From assembly GCA_942492065.1 (NCBI GenBank), contig CALODV010000005.1, forward strand, positions 36,621 through 100,620: 64,000 nucleotides of DNA, read 5' to 3'. Position numbers and translations under genes: made by a program. Shown piece after piece: positions 1 through 9,146 of this stretch. The notes beneath the pieces were generated by a model. That model was not told where the DNA came from, did not search any database, and saw nothing but the letters and a program-made list of their open reading frames with translations. Source of the DNA: Candidatus Cloacimonadales bacterium. Lineage in GTDB: Bacteria > Cloacimonadota > Cloacimonadia > Cloacimonadales > JAIOQZ01. Numbering within the stretch: position 1 is the stretch's first letter; the number at the start of each line of letters is the position of its first letter.

Positions 1-176
1 TTGTTTCAGCTTTACTTGTACACTTCGGTCATTTACTACAAATTATGCAGACCTGATATCTGCCATAGAGTATTATTTAGAAGACAAATCGAAATATGGA
101 GCAGACTATTGAAAATCAACGGATACACTACAATAAAATCGTTGTAAATTCAGATTAAAATAGGATAATAATCCCC

Positions 177-1190
177 CTACTCTACAACATCTCCTTCAGC
201 TCCTTCTATCAATTCCTGTGAAGGATGGATATTCCATTCTGCCAGCTTTTTAAGATCGAAAGCTGTACCAACCGGCGGCCATTCCGGTAAAATATCTCTG
301 ATATCCTCACCCTTGAACAATCTGTCTATCATTTTTGCTGTCTGAACTCCTGCACCTGTCAGACATGGATAGATTGAGAAAGCAGCACCCCAATCTTCCA
401 TTACATCTTTTCTACCCTGTCCCAGCAAGGGTTTAGTCGATGTTTTGTATACCATCTCAGCAAAAGTTCTTTGTACTCCCATCTGATCATTAGGGCTGAT
501 ATATATATCTACCTCAGAATCAATTTCCTTAACATGGTCTTCAGCCAACTGAGTCATTCTTATATATCCTAACTCACTTTTGACAAACTCAACTTTTCTG
601 AAGACGAAATTCAAATCCATGAAGTCCGGTAGTTCATGGCTCTCCTTGATCCACTCAACATAACTGAGCGACTGAGGCATTTCGGAGTAGATCAGCCCGA
701 TATTCTTAGCTTCCGGCATGACCTTGCGAATAAAACTAAGCCTGTCTTCCACCTTTACTGGATAGCACACTCCCGTAAAATTTGACTTGGGGCTTTCCTT
801 AAAATTGTCTATAATACCCATCCCGACAGGATCAGTCACACTCGCAAATACTACTTTGTACTTATCATTTCCCAACACAAGATCGCGCATTCCCTCTGCC
901 GCAACAGTGCCGTTCACAAAAATCACATCGTAATCATTATCCTTCTCTTTTCTGAAGACGTTTCTGGCAGCCCCTACGTGATTAGCCAGCGAGTAGTATT
1001 CAATAAACAGATTCTTATTCACAATATATCCAAGCTTGTTAAGTTCTGCCAGCATGGATTCTCTAACTGTCAGATATGGATCACTATCCTGCGAATCGAT
1101 AATAAGCAGCCTGAAAACATCATCCCCGGCTGTAAGACTGAAAATGAGCATTAAGAACATGGCTGTAATAATTATTTTACCCGAAATCAT
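177..1190 (-). CDS. ABC-type substrate-binding protein (ABC_sub_bind-like), secreted
   Basis: N-terminal signal-like hydrophobic stretch; motifs VFASVTDPVGMG and NFTGV are typical of this periplasmic-binding family. No permease or ATPase gene is adjacent within the window. Confidence 0.75.
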   Translation of the reverse strand: MISGKIIITAMFLMLIFSLTAGDDVFRLLIIDSQDSDPYLTVRESMLAELNKLGYIVNKNLFIEYYSLANHVGAARNVFRKEKDNDYDVIFVNGTVAAEGMRDLVLGNDKYKVVFASVTDPVGMGIIDNFKESPKSNFTGVCYPVKVEDRLSFIRKVMPEAKNIGLIYSEMPQSLSYVEWIKESHELPDFMDLNFVFRKVEFVKSELGYIRMTQLAEDHVKEIDSEVDIYISPNDQMGVQRTFAEMVYKTSTKPLLGQGRKDVMEDWGAAFSIYPCLTGAGVQTAKMIDRLFKGEDIRDILPEWPPVGTAFDLKKLAEWNIHPSQELIEGAEGDVVE

Positions 1191-1466
1191 TTCTGCTCCT
1201 GTTTAAGATTATTTGCTGATCCTGACGATCTATTTATATAATATAGATTCAAAACTACCAATGAGCAAGATTTTGTTTGCATATAAACAATGATGATTTT
1301 TATATCAAACTAAACTTTTAAACAGCAGATATTTGATCAGCAGCAGAAGAATCTGTTAATTTTATCTTAAGAATTATACGTGTCAAAAAACTATAATAAA
1401 GTTCTGGACATATTTCTGTTTAATATTTCAATTTACGTAAAAATAAAGCATGCAGGAGTGGGAACC

Positions 1467-1763
1467 ATGAAAGCTATTAGTCCGGACAAACAACTTGAAA
1501 TGTGTACAGAGATTATTTTGGCAAATATCAGAACAAGAACACTCGAAGTAAAACAAATCATCAGTATGATACAGGATGTGTCCAATACATTGAGACAATG
1601 GTACGGATGGGACAACGGAACTGCCTCGAGAGAACGGCAGTTTGAGTCCTGCCAGAGAATAGCAATTGCCTATACGGAACAACACACCTCCAAGTTCCTT
1701 GTAGCCCCGATGATCGCTGCGATTGCCTCTAAGCTCAGAGAATTCTACGGATGGGAAGAGTGA
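1467..1763 (+). CDS. Small hypothetical protein (98 aa) made of two internal ~42-aa repeats
   Basis: ATG at 1467 follows AGGAG (1454-1458); the ORF track start at 1380 is probably too long. The halves align: QLEMCTEII..MI..LRQWYGWD vs QFESCQRIA..MI..LREFYGWE. Confidence 0.7.
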   Translation: MKAISPDKQLEMCTEIILANIRTRTLEVKQIISMIQDVSNTLRQWYGWDNGTASRERQFESCQRIAIAYTEQHTSKFLVAPMIAAIASKLREFYGWEE

Positions 1764-1777
1764 GGAAAGTAATTGAT

Positions 1778-1807
1778 TTGACAGAAAATAACTCATGCTG
1801 TTAAGCT
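1778..1807 (+). promoter_or_regulatory. Putative sigma70 promoter of the SIR2 gene
   Basis: TTGACA at 1778-1783, 18-nt spacer, TAAGCT at 1802-1807 preceded by TG. Confidence 0.45.
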
Positions 1808-1836
1808 TATTGAGATTTGAACTGCTGGAGTAGATA

Positions 1837-4800
1837 ATGAGTGAGAGAGAGGAAATTTATTTACCTGAGATACCTCCAATGCCTTTTGAATTTATGAATG
1901 CAATATTCAGCAAGAATAAGCAACTTGTGTTGTTTATTGGGGCTGGTATTTCCAGATTGAATGGTTGTGTAAGTTGGAATCAGCTTGCTGAAATTCTTAT
2001 TGAGAAATGTTTTGAACATGGAGAACTTAATTACAATGAGAAGGAAGTACTGAAGAAAAGAGGAACTAAGGAAAAAATCTCAATTTGTAAATCAATGTTA
2101 ACTAGACATAAAGCAGAAAATTCTGATTGTGAAAATTCCTATCAGCAAACAATGATTTCTTTATTTGATAGGAAAAATGAAACAGAGCATAGTGATTTAA
2201 TTTACACATATGTTTGCAAGATGAAATCAGTAATTGTAACTACAAATGCTGATACTTATGTTTGCAGATATTTTGATCCAAGTCATTGTTTCATAAGTGA
2301 TAAAGATTTTAAGGCAAATAAGATGAGGGAGAATACAGTATTTTTCTTACATGGCAATATTGAAGACCCAAAAACACTTGTTTTCTCTGTAAAAGAATAT
2401 ATCCATAAATATAGGGAAAGTGAATATGCAAATTTTCTTACAAATTTGTTTAAAGATCATATAATTCTTTTTTTGGGATACGGACTTGAAGAATTTGAAG
2501 TTCTGGATTTTTTGTTACAAAAACATAATGATTCTCCGACAAACAATCTTTATCTATTAAAAGGCTCTTTTAAGTCAGATGGAAAGATAATTGGACTGGA
2601 AAAAGAATACTACAAGAACAATCTCAATATTACGACAATTGATTTTTCATTAGATAACAAAGGATACAAACAGCAAATTGAAATAATTAAGACATGGAGC
2701 CAAGAGGTTCAACGTGTTTCTTCAGTCAAAACCGGAGACTTTGTCCCAAGTGAAACTGTCCTTAAGATGAAAAAGTTGACTCAGAATAGACCTACACATG
2801 AAAATAGAGATGATTTTCTAAATACTGCAAATGATGATTTACAAAACAGATTTCTGGAATATCTCTCTGATTCTGACTTTATTCTTGAATGGTTCCCATA
2901 TGTAAAGAGATACTGTTTTAGTGAAAGTCCTGATGAGGAGATTAAGTGGGAGCATTTAGTTTATCTCGATCATCTTTCGAAATTTGTTAATAACAATATA
3001 GATGGATGTGATAAAAAACAAGTTAAAGAGTTTACTAATTATATTGAAGAGAAATGGGAAAATCTATATAATAGGGATAAGCAAAGCTATTCACAAACCT
3101 TTATACGACTGAATAAAATAATAACATGTTTCCCATTTTCAGTTATAGAAAAGAAGCATATCGATTATTTAGGAAGATATCTCAATCTGCCTGGTTGTGA
3201 TTCATTCATTATATATGCAATTGGGGAAAATTTAATTCCAACTTTGCTATTAGAAAAAGAGACAGAATTACTTTTAAGTGCCTGCAAATTGCTGTTTTCT
3301 ACAAGAATCTCAAATAATGAGCTGTTTCTTAATGGAAGCACGTCAGCATTGTTATCCATCATCAATGAACACTTTTTGAAGTTTACTGATTTGATTGGTA
3401 TAGAATTGCTTAACTTCTTAATATCTGAGACTAAAAACAACATTACATTAAAATATTTCGAATCTTCTAACTTTGGTGTTGCAATTGAGGAGCATGCGCA
3501 AAATTTAGTTTACAATACTGTGGAAAGGTGTTTTCTAATTGCTGTCAGAATATTACTTGAGAATACTAAAGAAGTCAATAATATAGTCAATAAATTAATA
3601 GCAAAAAACACTATATTCAAGAGACTTGCATTACACACAATCAGGCTACGGTATGAAGAGTTCAAGAAAATATTATGGGACAATATTGACGCAATATTTA
3701 ATGATTTTGATTTAGTCCATGAGTTTTATCTGCTTGTGAAAGAATTACATTCTCATTTTAGTAAGAATGAGGTTGAAATACTTAAAAATTGGATTTCAAA
3801 TGTATTCTCTGAGGGAAATCGAACACTTAGAACCACATATGCAGCTCACATTTTAGATGCTCTTAAGGAAAATGAACACGTTAAAGATAATTTCTATGAA
3901 AACATGAATAAGAAACACCAACTTCGTTTCTATCCTGGATTTTACAGATATCATACACCTGCTACATTGGGTATTTCAGATAAATACAAGAAAGATATCG
4001 AAGTAATGACTATATGCAAAAAAGTTGAATATTTCAATGGATACGATGATAAAGATTCCAATTCTCACGATAGCTATGAGTATAAATTAACTTTCAGAAG
4101 GGATGTCAGGGAAAACTTCAATGATTACATAAATGATTATAAAAACACAATTACACTGAATTCACTTTTCAAAATTATCCTTATCGATGAATTGTGTGAC
4201 CTTCTTTCAGATATTGATTATGAGGAATGGTTAAAATCTATTGAAATTATTAAAAGTACAATTCAAGAAGTGCAGGAAGACAATTCAAAGAATGATGACA
4301 TTATAGATATAACATCTAAATTTATCAAAACCAGCATAACAACCAAAAATCTGACACCAGAAAAGGTACTTGAGCAGTCTAAACCCATAATCTTGAAATT
4401 GCACGATAAAGCAATTGATAAAACGCTAATTGATTCTGCAAAGCATGAAGACATTTTCTTTTCACCTTTAAGTCAGGTTTTAGAAACCATGTTTGTATTT
4501 TCCTTAAGGAAAGCTGAAATAGATAGCCAAAACGGTTCTTTTGTGTGGGATGAACGGATAAAGAATTTAATCGTTGAAGGATTGCAAAGTGAATTTTATG
4601 AGTATAACTACATGGTTGCAAGTTACATAAACAATCTTTACTGGTTAGACAACAATTGGATTGAAAAAAACTACTCTTCAATATTCACGAACCAAGGCAG
4701 TAAAAAAGACCCAGGAATGGTAAAATTCTGGGCTGCTATTGGTTATGTGCAAAATTCTAATACGCTTTTGAGAGAAGTTTTTGATAAGCTAAATACAATA

Positions 4801-5424
4801 GGAATATGGGAATGGATGTTGACGCAAATATTGGATGACAATTTGTTTTCAGAGCATGTGCAAGAAAGATTTTCTCAAATTATGTGTATTGCTTATTTAA
4901 ATGGCCCTGAAAGTCTGGAAGAAGGAAATATATTCAGAAACCTTTTTGATTCTAATAACATTAAGCTCATTACATCAATAATTTCATTTATTAAAAACCT
5001 AAAAGATTTAACTGATGATCATTTAGAAAAAATTGAAGAGTTATGGGTACATATTGTACAAGATGAACTTTATTATATGCAAGAAAACTTTCGAAGAGTT
5101 ATTATATCTAGTTTGAAGTGGGTAGAGAAATTCAATAGAATAAGTAAAGATACATATGATTGTTTGGAAAAAATTATCACTGAATGTAAAAAATATGAAT
5201 ATAATGATTTCTTTAAATTCAAAAATGTGCTAAAAACACATGCACAGTCAGCTCCGAAGGATGTATGTCATCTATTCTTGAAAATTCTTGAAAATATCAC
5301 AATAGATAATTCTTATCGAGATATAGTTAAAGAGATTTTTGATTCAATAAAAGGTCAAGAATGTTCCAAATGTATAATAAATTTAAAGGAGAGACTGATA
5401 GCGAAAGGACTTTTGACGGTTTAA
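1837..5424 (+). CDS. SIR2-domain protein (SIR2_2-like NADase at N-terminus plus long helical C-terminus), DSR-like anti-phage candidate
   Basis: Sirtuin motifs FIGAGISR..SWNQL, IVTTNAD, FLHG (catalytic His position) and LFLGYGLEE in the first ~280 aa; ~900 aa Cys/aromatic-rich helical tail; visibly AT-rich; GGAG RBS. Confidence 0.8.
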   Translation: MSEREEIYLPEIPPMPFEFMNAIFSKNKQLVLFIGAGISRLNGCVSWNQLAEILIEKCFEHGELNYNEKEVLKKRGTKEKISICKSMLTRHKAENSDCENSYQQTMISLFDRKNETEHSDLIYTYVCKMKSVIVTTNADTYVCRYFDPSHCFISDKDFKANKMRENTVFFLHGNIEDPKTLVFSVKEYIHKYRESEYANFLTNLFKDHIILFLGYGLEEFEVLDFLLQKHNDSPTNNLYLLKGSFKSDGKIIGLEKEYYKNNLNITTIDFSLDNKGYKQQIEIIKTWSQEVQRVSSVKTGDFVPSETVLKMKKLTQNRPTHENRDDFLNTANDDLQNRFLEYLSDSDFILEWFPYVKRYCFSESPDEEIKWEHLVYLDHLSKFVNNNIDGCDKKQVKEFTNYIEEKWENLYNRDKQSYSQTFIRLNKIITCFPFSVIEKKHIDYLGRYLNLPGCDSFIIYAIGENLIPTLLLEKETELLLSACKLLFSTRISNNELFLNGSTSALLSIINEHFLKFTDLIGIELLNFLISETKNNITLKYFESSNFGVAIEEHAQNLVYNTVERCFLIAVRILLENTKEVNNIVNKLIAKNTIFKRLALHTIRLRYEEFKKILWDNIDAIFNDFDLVHEFYLLVKELHSHFSKNEVEILKNWISNVFSEGNRTLRTTYAAHILDALKENEHVKDNFYENMNKKHQLRFYPGFYRYHTPATLGISDKYKKDIEVMTICKKVEYFNGYDDKDSNSHDSYEYKLTFRRDVRENFNDYINDYKNTITLNSLFKIILIDELCDLLSDIDYEEWLKSIEIIKSTIQEVQEDNSKNDDIIDITSKFIKTSITTKNLTPEKVLEQSKPIILKLHDKAIDKTLIDSAKHEDIFFSPLSQVLETMFVFSLRKAEIDSQNGSFVWDERIKNLIVEGLQSEFYEYNYMVASYINNLYWLDNNWIEKNYSSIFTNQGSKKDPGMVKFWAAIGYVQNSNTLLREVFDKLNTIGIWEWMLTQILDDNLFSEHVQERFSQIMCIAYLNGPESLEEGNIFRNLFDSNNIKLITSIISFIKNLKDLTDDHLEKIEELWVHIVQDELYYMQENFRRVIISSLKWVEKFNRISKDTYDCLEKIITECKKYEYNDFFKFKNVLKTHAQSAPKDVCHLFLKILENITIDNSYRDIVKEIFDSIKGQECSKCIINLKERLIAKGLLTV

Positions 5425-5502
5425 TAGGAGCCTCTTCCAAAAATTTCACCTTGACACAAAAGCTCATTAATTACTCATCAGGGGAATAGCTAAGGAGTAT
5501 TA

Positions 5503-6210
5503 ATGAAAAGAACATTAAGCATTTTAGTTATCATAGTAGGATTTGTAATGTTTGCCTGTAAAGATAACTCTGTGGTGAGACCTTCCGATGGGAAAGAAAT
5601 TACTCATTACTATGTAACAATACAGCAATCTGATCCTGATGCAAAAATATACGCAAATGTAGAGCCATCTGCAATAGAGCTGACGGCTTCAGTAGAATCA
5701 AACATCGGAACTTACGAGCCAGGGGTCTCTATTGTATGGAGAACCACAATTGGTTCAATTATAAACTCATCGATTACAGATGAGAACGGAGAATCAAATG
5801 TTCTACTGAGAAGCCATGGATATTTTGGTAAGGCATTAGTTACGGCTGGAGTCAATGGATCATCTCACAGTATTTACGTCAATATTCAGGATGACCCTCC
5901 AGCAGATACAATGTTTGTAAGTATTGTTGATTCCCTGGCATTGAGGAATTCAACTATAATTCAAGTGACTTCCATTTTGACAGAATACAATACACCTGTT
6001 CTCGATGGAACAAGTGCAGTCTTCAGAACAGATCTTGGTAATTTCCAATTAGCGGACGGAACTAACACCGGGCAATCGTTTCAAGACTTAATTTATGATG
6101 GTGAATGTGAAGCCATATTTTTTGCCGGATATTTCGAAACTGGTATTGCTACAATCGAAATTAAAATTGATGATTTTGTCTACGAACATAAAATTACGAT
6201 TATTGAATGA
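5503..6210 (+). CDS. Lipoprotein with Ig-like (Big-1/invasin-type) domain
   Basis: Lipobox FVMFA-C; beta-rich segment LTASV..WRTTIG..ITDENGE..VTA; AAGGAG RBS. Confidence 0.6.
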   Translation: MKRTLSILVIIVGFVMFACKDNSVVRPSDGKEITHYYVTIQQSDPDAKIYANVEPSAIELTASVESNIGTYEPGVSIVWRTTIGSIINSSITDENGESNVLLRSHGYFGKALVTAGVNGSSHSIYVNIQDDPPADTMFVSIVDSLALRNSTIIQVTSILTEYNTPVLDGTSAVFRTDLGNFQLADGTNTGQSFQDLIYDGECEAIFFAGYFETGIATIEIKIDDFVYEHKITIIE

Positions 6211-6251
6211 GTGATAATCCCCCAATTTTCTCCTTGACACAAAATATCTAT

Positions 6252-6267
6252 TTGGCAATTTTGCCAA
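6252..6267. promoter_or_regulatory. Palindromic operator TTGGCA-N4-TGCCAA overlapping the arsR-family promoter
   Basis: Inverted repeat 12 nt downstream of TTGACA (6234-6239); a second copy of the same motif is at 6686-6701. Confidence 0.55.
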
Positions 6268-6281
6268 AAAGGAAGTAAATT

Positions 6282-6602
6282 ATGAGTAAATTCGATAAAG
6301 TTAAATACGATGAAATGGCTAAGATAATTAAGTCTATGGCGCATCCGACCAGGTTGTTCATTGTGGATGAACTCAGTAAGCAGGATCACTGTGTGTGCGA
6401 GCTAACCGAAATGATCGGTGCAGACACATCTACCGTATCCAAACACCTGACGGTTCTTAAGAATACAGGTATAGTGCAGGACAGAAAAGAAGGCAACAAC
6501 GTTTACTACTCCCTCAGATGCTCCTGCGTGCTGTCGTTCTACCAGTGTGTCAGAGATGTCATCAGCCATAACGTGGAAGATCAGCTTAAACTGCTGAAAT
6601 AA
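6282..6602 (+). CDS. arsR: ArsR/SmtB family transcriptional regulator
   Basis: AHPTRLFIV..CVCELT..STVSKHL..L..G.V winged HTH with the CVC metal site; C-terminal CSC. Confidence 0.9.
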   Translation: MSKFDKVKYDEMAKIIKSMAHPTRLFIVDELSKQDHCVCELTEMIGADTSTVSKHLTVLKNTGIVQDRKEGNNVYYSLRCSCVLSFYQCVRDVISHNVEDQLKLLK

Positions 6603-6685
6603 ATATACAGGTCTTTATAAAAAATTAACAGAGTATAATAGTAATTTAACAGATGGGGCAACTCATCATTTTTTAGAAACAGTAC

Positions 6686-6701
6686 TTGGCATAATTGCCA
6701 A
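6686..6701. promoter_or_regulatory. Second TTGGCA-N4-TGCCAA operator, upstream of the permease
   Basis: ttggcataattgccaa has arms identical to the site at 6252-6267. Confidence 0.5.
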
Positions 6702-6883
6702 ACAGCCACATATTAGGGGCTTCATTCAGTTACAGCTTGAGACGTTGATTCTTTTAAGATTCGGTGAACTTCATGATTCATCGAAAATATAATCAAGCTC
6801 TAACAATAGTACATAGCTCAATGAATTATGAAGTTCATCAACTGATCTGGTTTGATGAAGTCCTTGATATAAAAGAGGTTAAA

Positions 6884-7849
6884 ATGTTTAAATATCTCGA
6901 TCTCGGTGTCAGAAAATTAGTCGAAAATGTGTTTAACGTATCCATGGAAACACATCTCGGGGAAAGCATCCACTTCTTCATATATGATGTGGTTAAAATA
7001 CTCATCCTGCTTTCGGTTATGATATTCATTATATCTTACCTGAGAAGTTTCTTTCAGCCGGAACGCACGAAGAAGATTCTTACCCACTTCTCAGGCATAA
7101 AAGGCAATATTATTGCTTCACTGCTGGGGATTGTCACGCCGTTCTGTTCCTGTTCATCCGTACCGCTTTTCATAGCTTTTGTTGAAGCAGGAATTCCTGT
7201 GGGCGTAACTTTTTCATTCCTGATCACATCACCCATTGTTAACGAAGCGGCATTTATTATACTGCTGGGGACATTCGGCTGGAAGATAGCTGTGATCTAC
7301 GTTTTCCTCGGTGTAGTAATCGGGGTTATCGGTGGCATCATCATCGGCAGCCTTAAGCCGGAACGATATGTCGAAGAATATGTCTTCAAGCTCAAAGCCG
7401 GAAATCTGGGCGATATTCAACAGACCTTCCGCGATCGTATAGACTTTGCTTTCGAGCAGGTAAAAGAGATTCTGCAGAGAATCTGGCTGTTCCTGCTTAT
7501 AGGTATCGGACTGGGGGCTGCAATCCACGGCTGGGCACCGGCTGACCTGCTTGCTAAGTATGCCGGACCAAACAACCCTATAGCTGTTCTGGTTGGTGTG
7601 ATCATAGGTATTCCGTTGTACTCCAATGCCCTGGGAACCATCCCTATAGCCGAAGCACTGATTGGCAAAGGTGTTGGACTGGGTACAGCATTGTCATTCA
7701 TGATGGCTGTAACAGCGCTTTCCCTGCCGGAACTGATTATCCTGAGAAAGGTTGTTAAACCCAGACTGCTGGTCTACTTTGTAGCTATAACCGGAGCCGG
7801 AATAATAGCTGTGGGATACATTTTTAACATGATTTATCATTTAATATAG
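6884..7849 (+). CDS. Predicted permease, DUF318/ArsP family
   Basis: PFCSCSSVP, FLITSPIVNE and GIPLYSNA..IPIAEAL..G..LSFMMA motifs; multi-TM. ATG at 6884 has an AGAGG RBS (ORF track starts at 6764). Confidence 0.88.
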   Translation: MFKYLDLGVRKLVENVFNVSMETHLGESIHFFIYDVVKILILLSVMIFIISYLRSFFQPERTKKILTHFSGIKGNIIASLLGIVTPFCSCSSVPLFIAFVEAGIPVGVTFSFLITSPIVNEAAFIILLGTFGWKIAVIYVFLGVVIGVIGGIIIGSLKPERYVEEYVFKLKAGNLGDIQQTFRDRIDFAFEQVKEILQRIWLFLLIGIGLGAAIHGWAPADLLAKYAGPNNPIAVLVGVIIGIPLYSNALGTIPIAEALIGKGVGLGTALSFMMAVTALSLPELIILRKVVKPRLLVYFVAITGAGIIAVGYIFNMIYHLI

Positions 7850-7873
7850 CAATATAAACAAAAGGAGATTACT

Positions 7874-8197
7874 ATGAGAATGTTAGCTGAATTCTTCCCT
7901 GAATTTGCAGAAAAACTTGATGAAATGGATAAACTTTACGAAGAAAAGAGAACTATCGACGAAAAGACTTATCAGTTCATCTGTCTTGCACTGTCTATTA
8001 AAGGCAGGTCCAAGCCTTGCGTACTCAAGCACTTTAAAGGAGCTCTGGAAGCAGGAGCAACCGTTAAAGAACTGTCATATATACTGGCACTTACAATGCG
8101 TGAAGCTGCCGGAGCAGATGACTGCTGGACCCACGATGTAATCGGTGAATGGAAAGACATCCTTGCCGGAAACATCTCCTGCGACTGCCAGAAATAG
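7874..8197 (+). CDS. Carboxymuconolactone decarboxylase (CMD/AhpD-like) family protein
   Basis: IDEKTYQFICLAL..KHFKGALEAGAT..EL pattern; AAGGAG RBS. Confidence 0.8.
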   Translation: MRMLAEFFPEFAEKLDEMDKLYEEKRTIDEKTYQFICLALSIKGRSKPCVLKHFKGALEAGATVKELSYILALTMREAAGADDCWTHDVIGEWKDILAGNISCDCQK

Positions 8198-8209
8198 TAA
8201 CCGTTTAAT

Positions 8210-8245
8210 CACCTTCGGAATGGTCTAAGGACCTTCCGAATGGTG
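8210..8245. repeat. REP-like doublet hairpin, family A (ACCTTCGSAATGGT x2); may also act as terminator
   Basis: caccttcggaatggtc-taag-gaccttccgaatggtg is an imperfect inverted repeat matching the doublets at 34467-34500 and 34869-34904. Confidence 0.7.
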
Positions 8246-8629
8246 TGTTTAGCTTTTTAGAATATTAATAAGTTTATTTAAAATGTCATAGCAGAATACA
8301 TCAAGATTGGGGTGTGCAAATCAGATGTAGGGAACAATAATCATTGTACCGGGTTTTAGCCCCTCTGTCTCCATTCTGTCGACATCTCCCTGTTGATATT
8401 TTTAGCAAAAATCCAGGGAGAACATACTTAGTGCAGGACTTGAGAAGCTCTACTTAACCGCGTAGAGACAAATGGAAGTTTGACTCAGTTAAGCGCCTTT
8501 GGAATGGTCTTGACACCCTTAGATGTTTTCGAAGAAATACATCCAGAAAAATCCAAATGGTGTGGAATAGAATTAAATTTGAAACACAAGATGTTGTGTA
8601 TCTACAATAGGTTAAAACTCTCTGGTTCA

Positions 8630-8853
8630 CACCTTACGGAGCTCATACATTTATTGGGGATTCTTTTCTAAAAACGGTACGCTCCTAAAGGAGCTGACGA
8701 GTGTCATTCCACCTGAGTGTTTTTCCCCACAATTAATTATGCAGATATCTTAAAATCACATTAATTTCTTCACCCATATATACGCCTGCTCCGGAGGAGC
8801 TATATGTTTGTAGTAATGCTATTACAATACAGACAAAAACTCCGTAGGAGTGC
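8630..8853. repeat. Cluster of GCTCC-NNN-GGAGC short palindromes (REP-like family C)
   Basis: gctcctaaaggagc (8681-8694), gctccggaggagc (~8788-8800), actccgtaggagt (~8839-8851) and degenerate accttacggagct (8631-8643). The 8668-8695 and 8788-8813 units form an inverted pair. Confidence 0.6.
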
Positions 8854-8926
8854 CCTTCCTTTGCATTGACACTGTCAATGCACTCTAAATAACCTTGCGC
8901 AGACTTTAGTTCGCTGTTATAGCTGC

Positions 8927-8958
8927 AAAAAAAACCTCCGGTAATCAACCGAAGGTTT
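8927..8958 (-). terminator. Intrinsic terminator downstream of tRNA-Val
   Basis: aaacctccggt-aatca-accgaaggttt hairpin with an A-run that reads as a U-tract on the minus strand. Confidence 0.7.
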
Positions 8959-8986
8959 ATTTATAAGTTATTTTTTGTCTTTAAAA

Positions 8987-9063
8987 TGGTGGGTGATACT
9001 AGATTCGAACTAGTGACCTCTTCGATGTCAACGAAGCACTCTAACCAACTGAGCTAATCACCC
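8987..9063 (-). tRNA. trnV: tRNA-Val(GAC)
   Basis: Reverse complement GGGTGATTAGCTCAGTTGG...TTGACAT...GTTCGAATC...CACCCACCA; cloverleaf, anticodon GAC, encoded CCA. Confidence 0.97.
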
Positions 9064-9146
9064 GAGTTATTTCACTTTTTCCAGACAAAAGATTTTTGTC
9101 AAGTTTCTATAGTATGAAAACATTATCATCAAACGTAAAAGCATCT

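Noticed and set aside
1-176. Open plus-strand frames at the window start
   Set aside because: Possibly the 3' end of a gene, but too short to assign a frame or product.
8480-8948. ORFs 8480-8671 (+) and 8733-8948 (-)
   Set aside because: Non-ATG or weak starts, no RBS, they run through REP hairpins, and no family resemblance.
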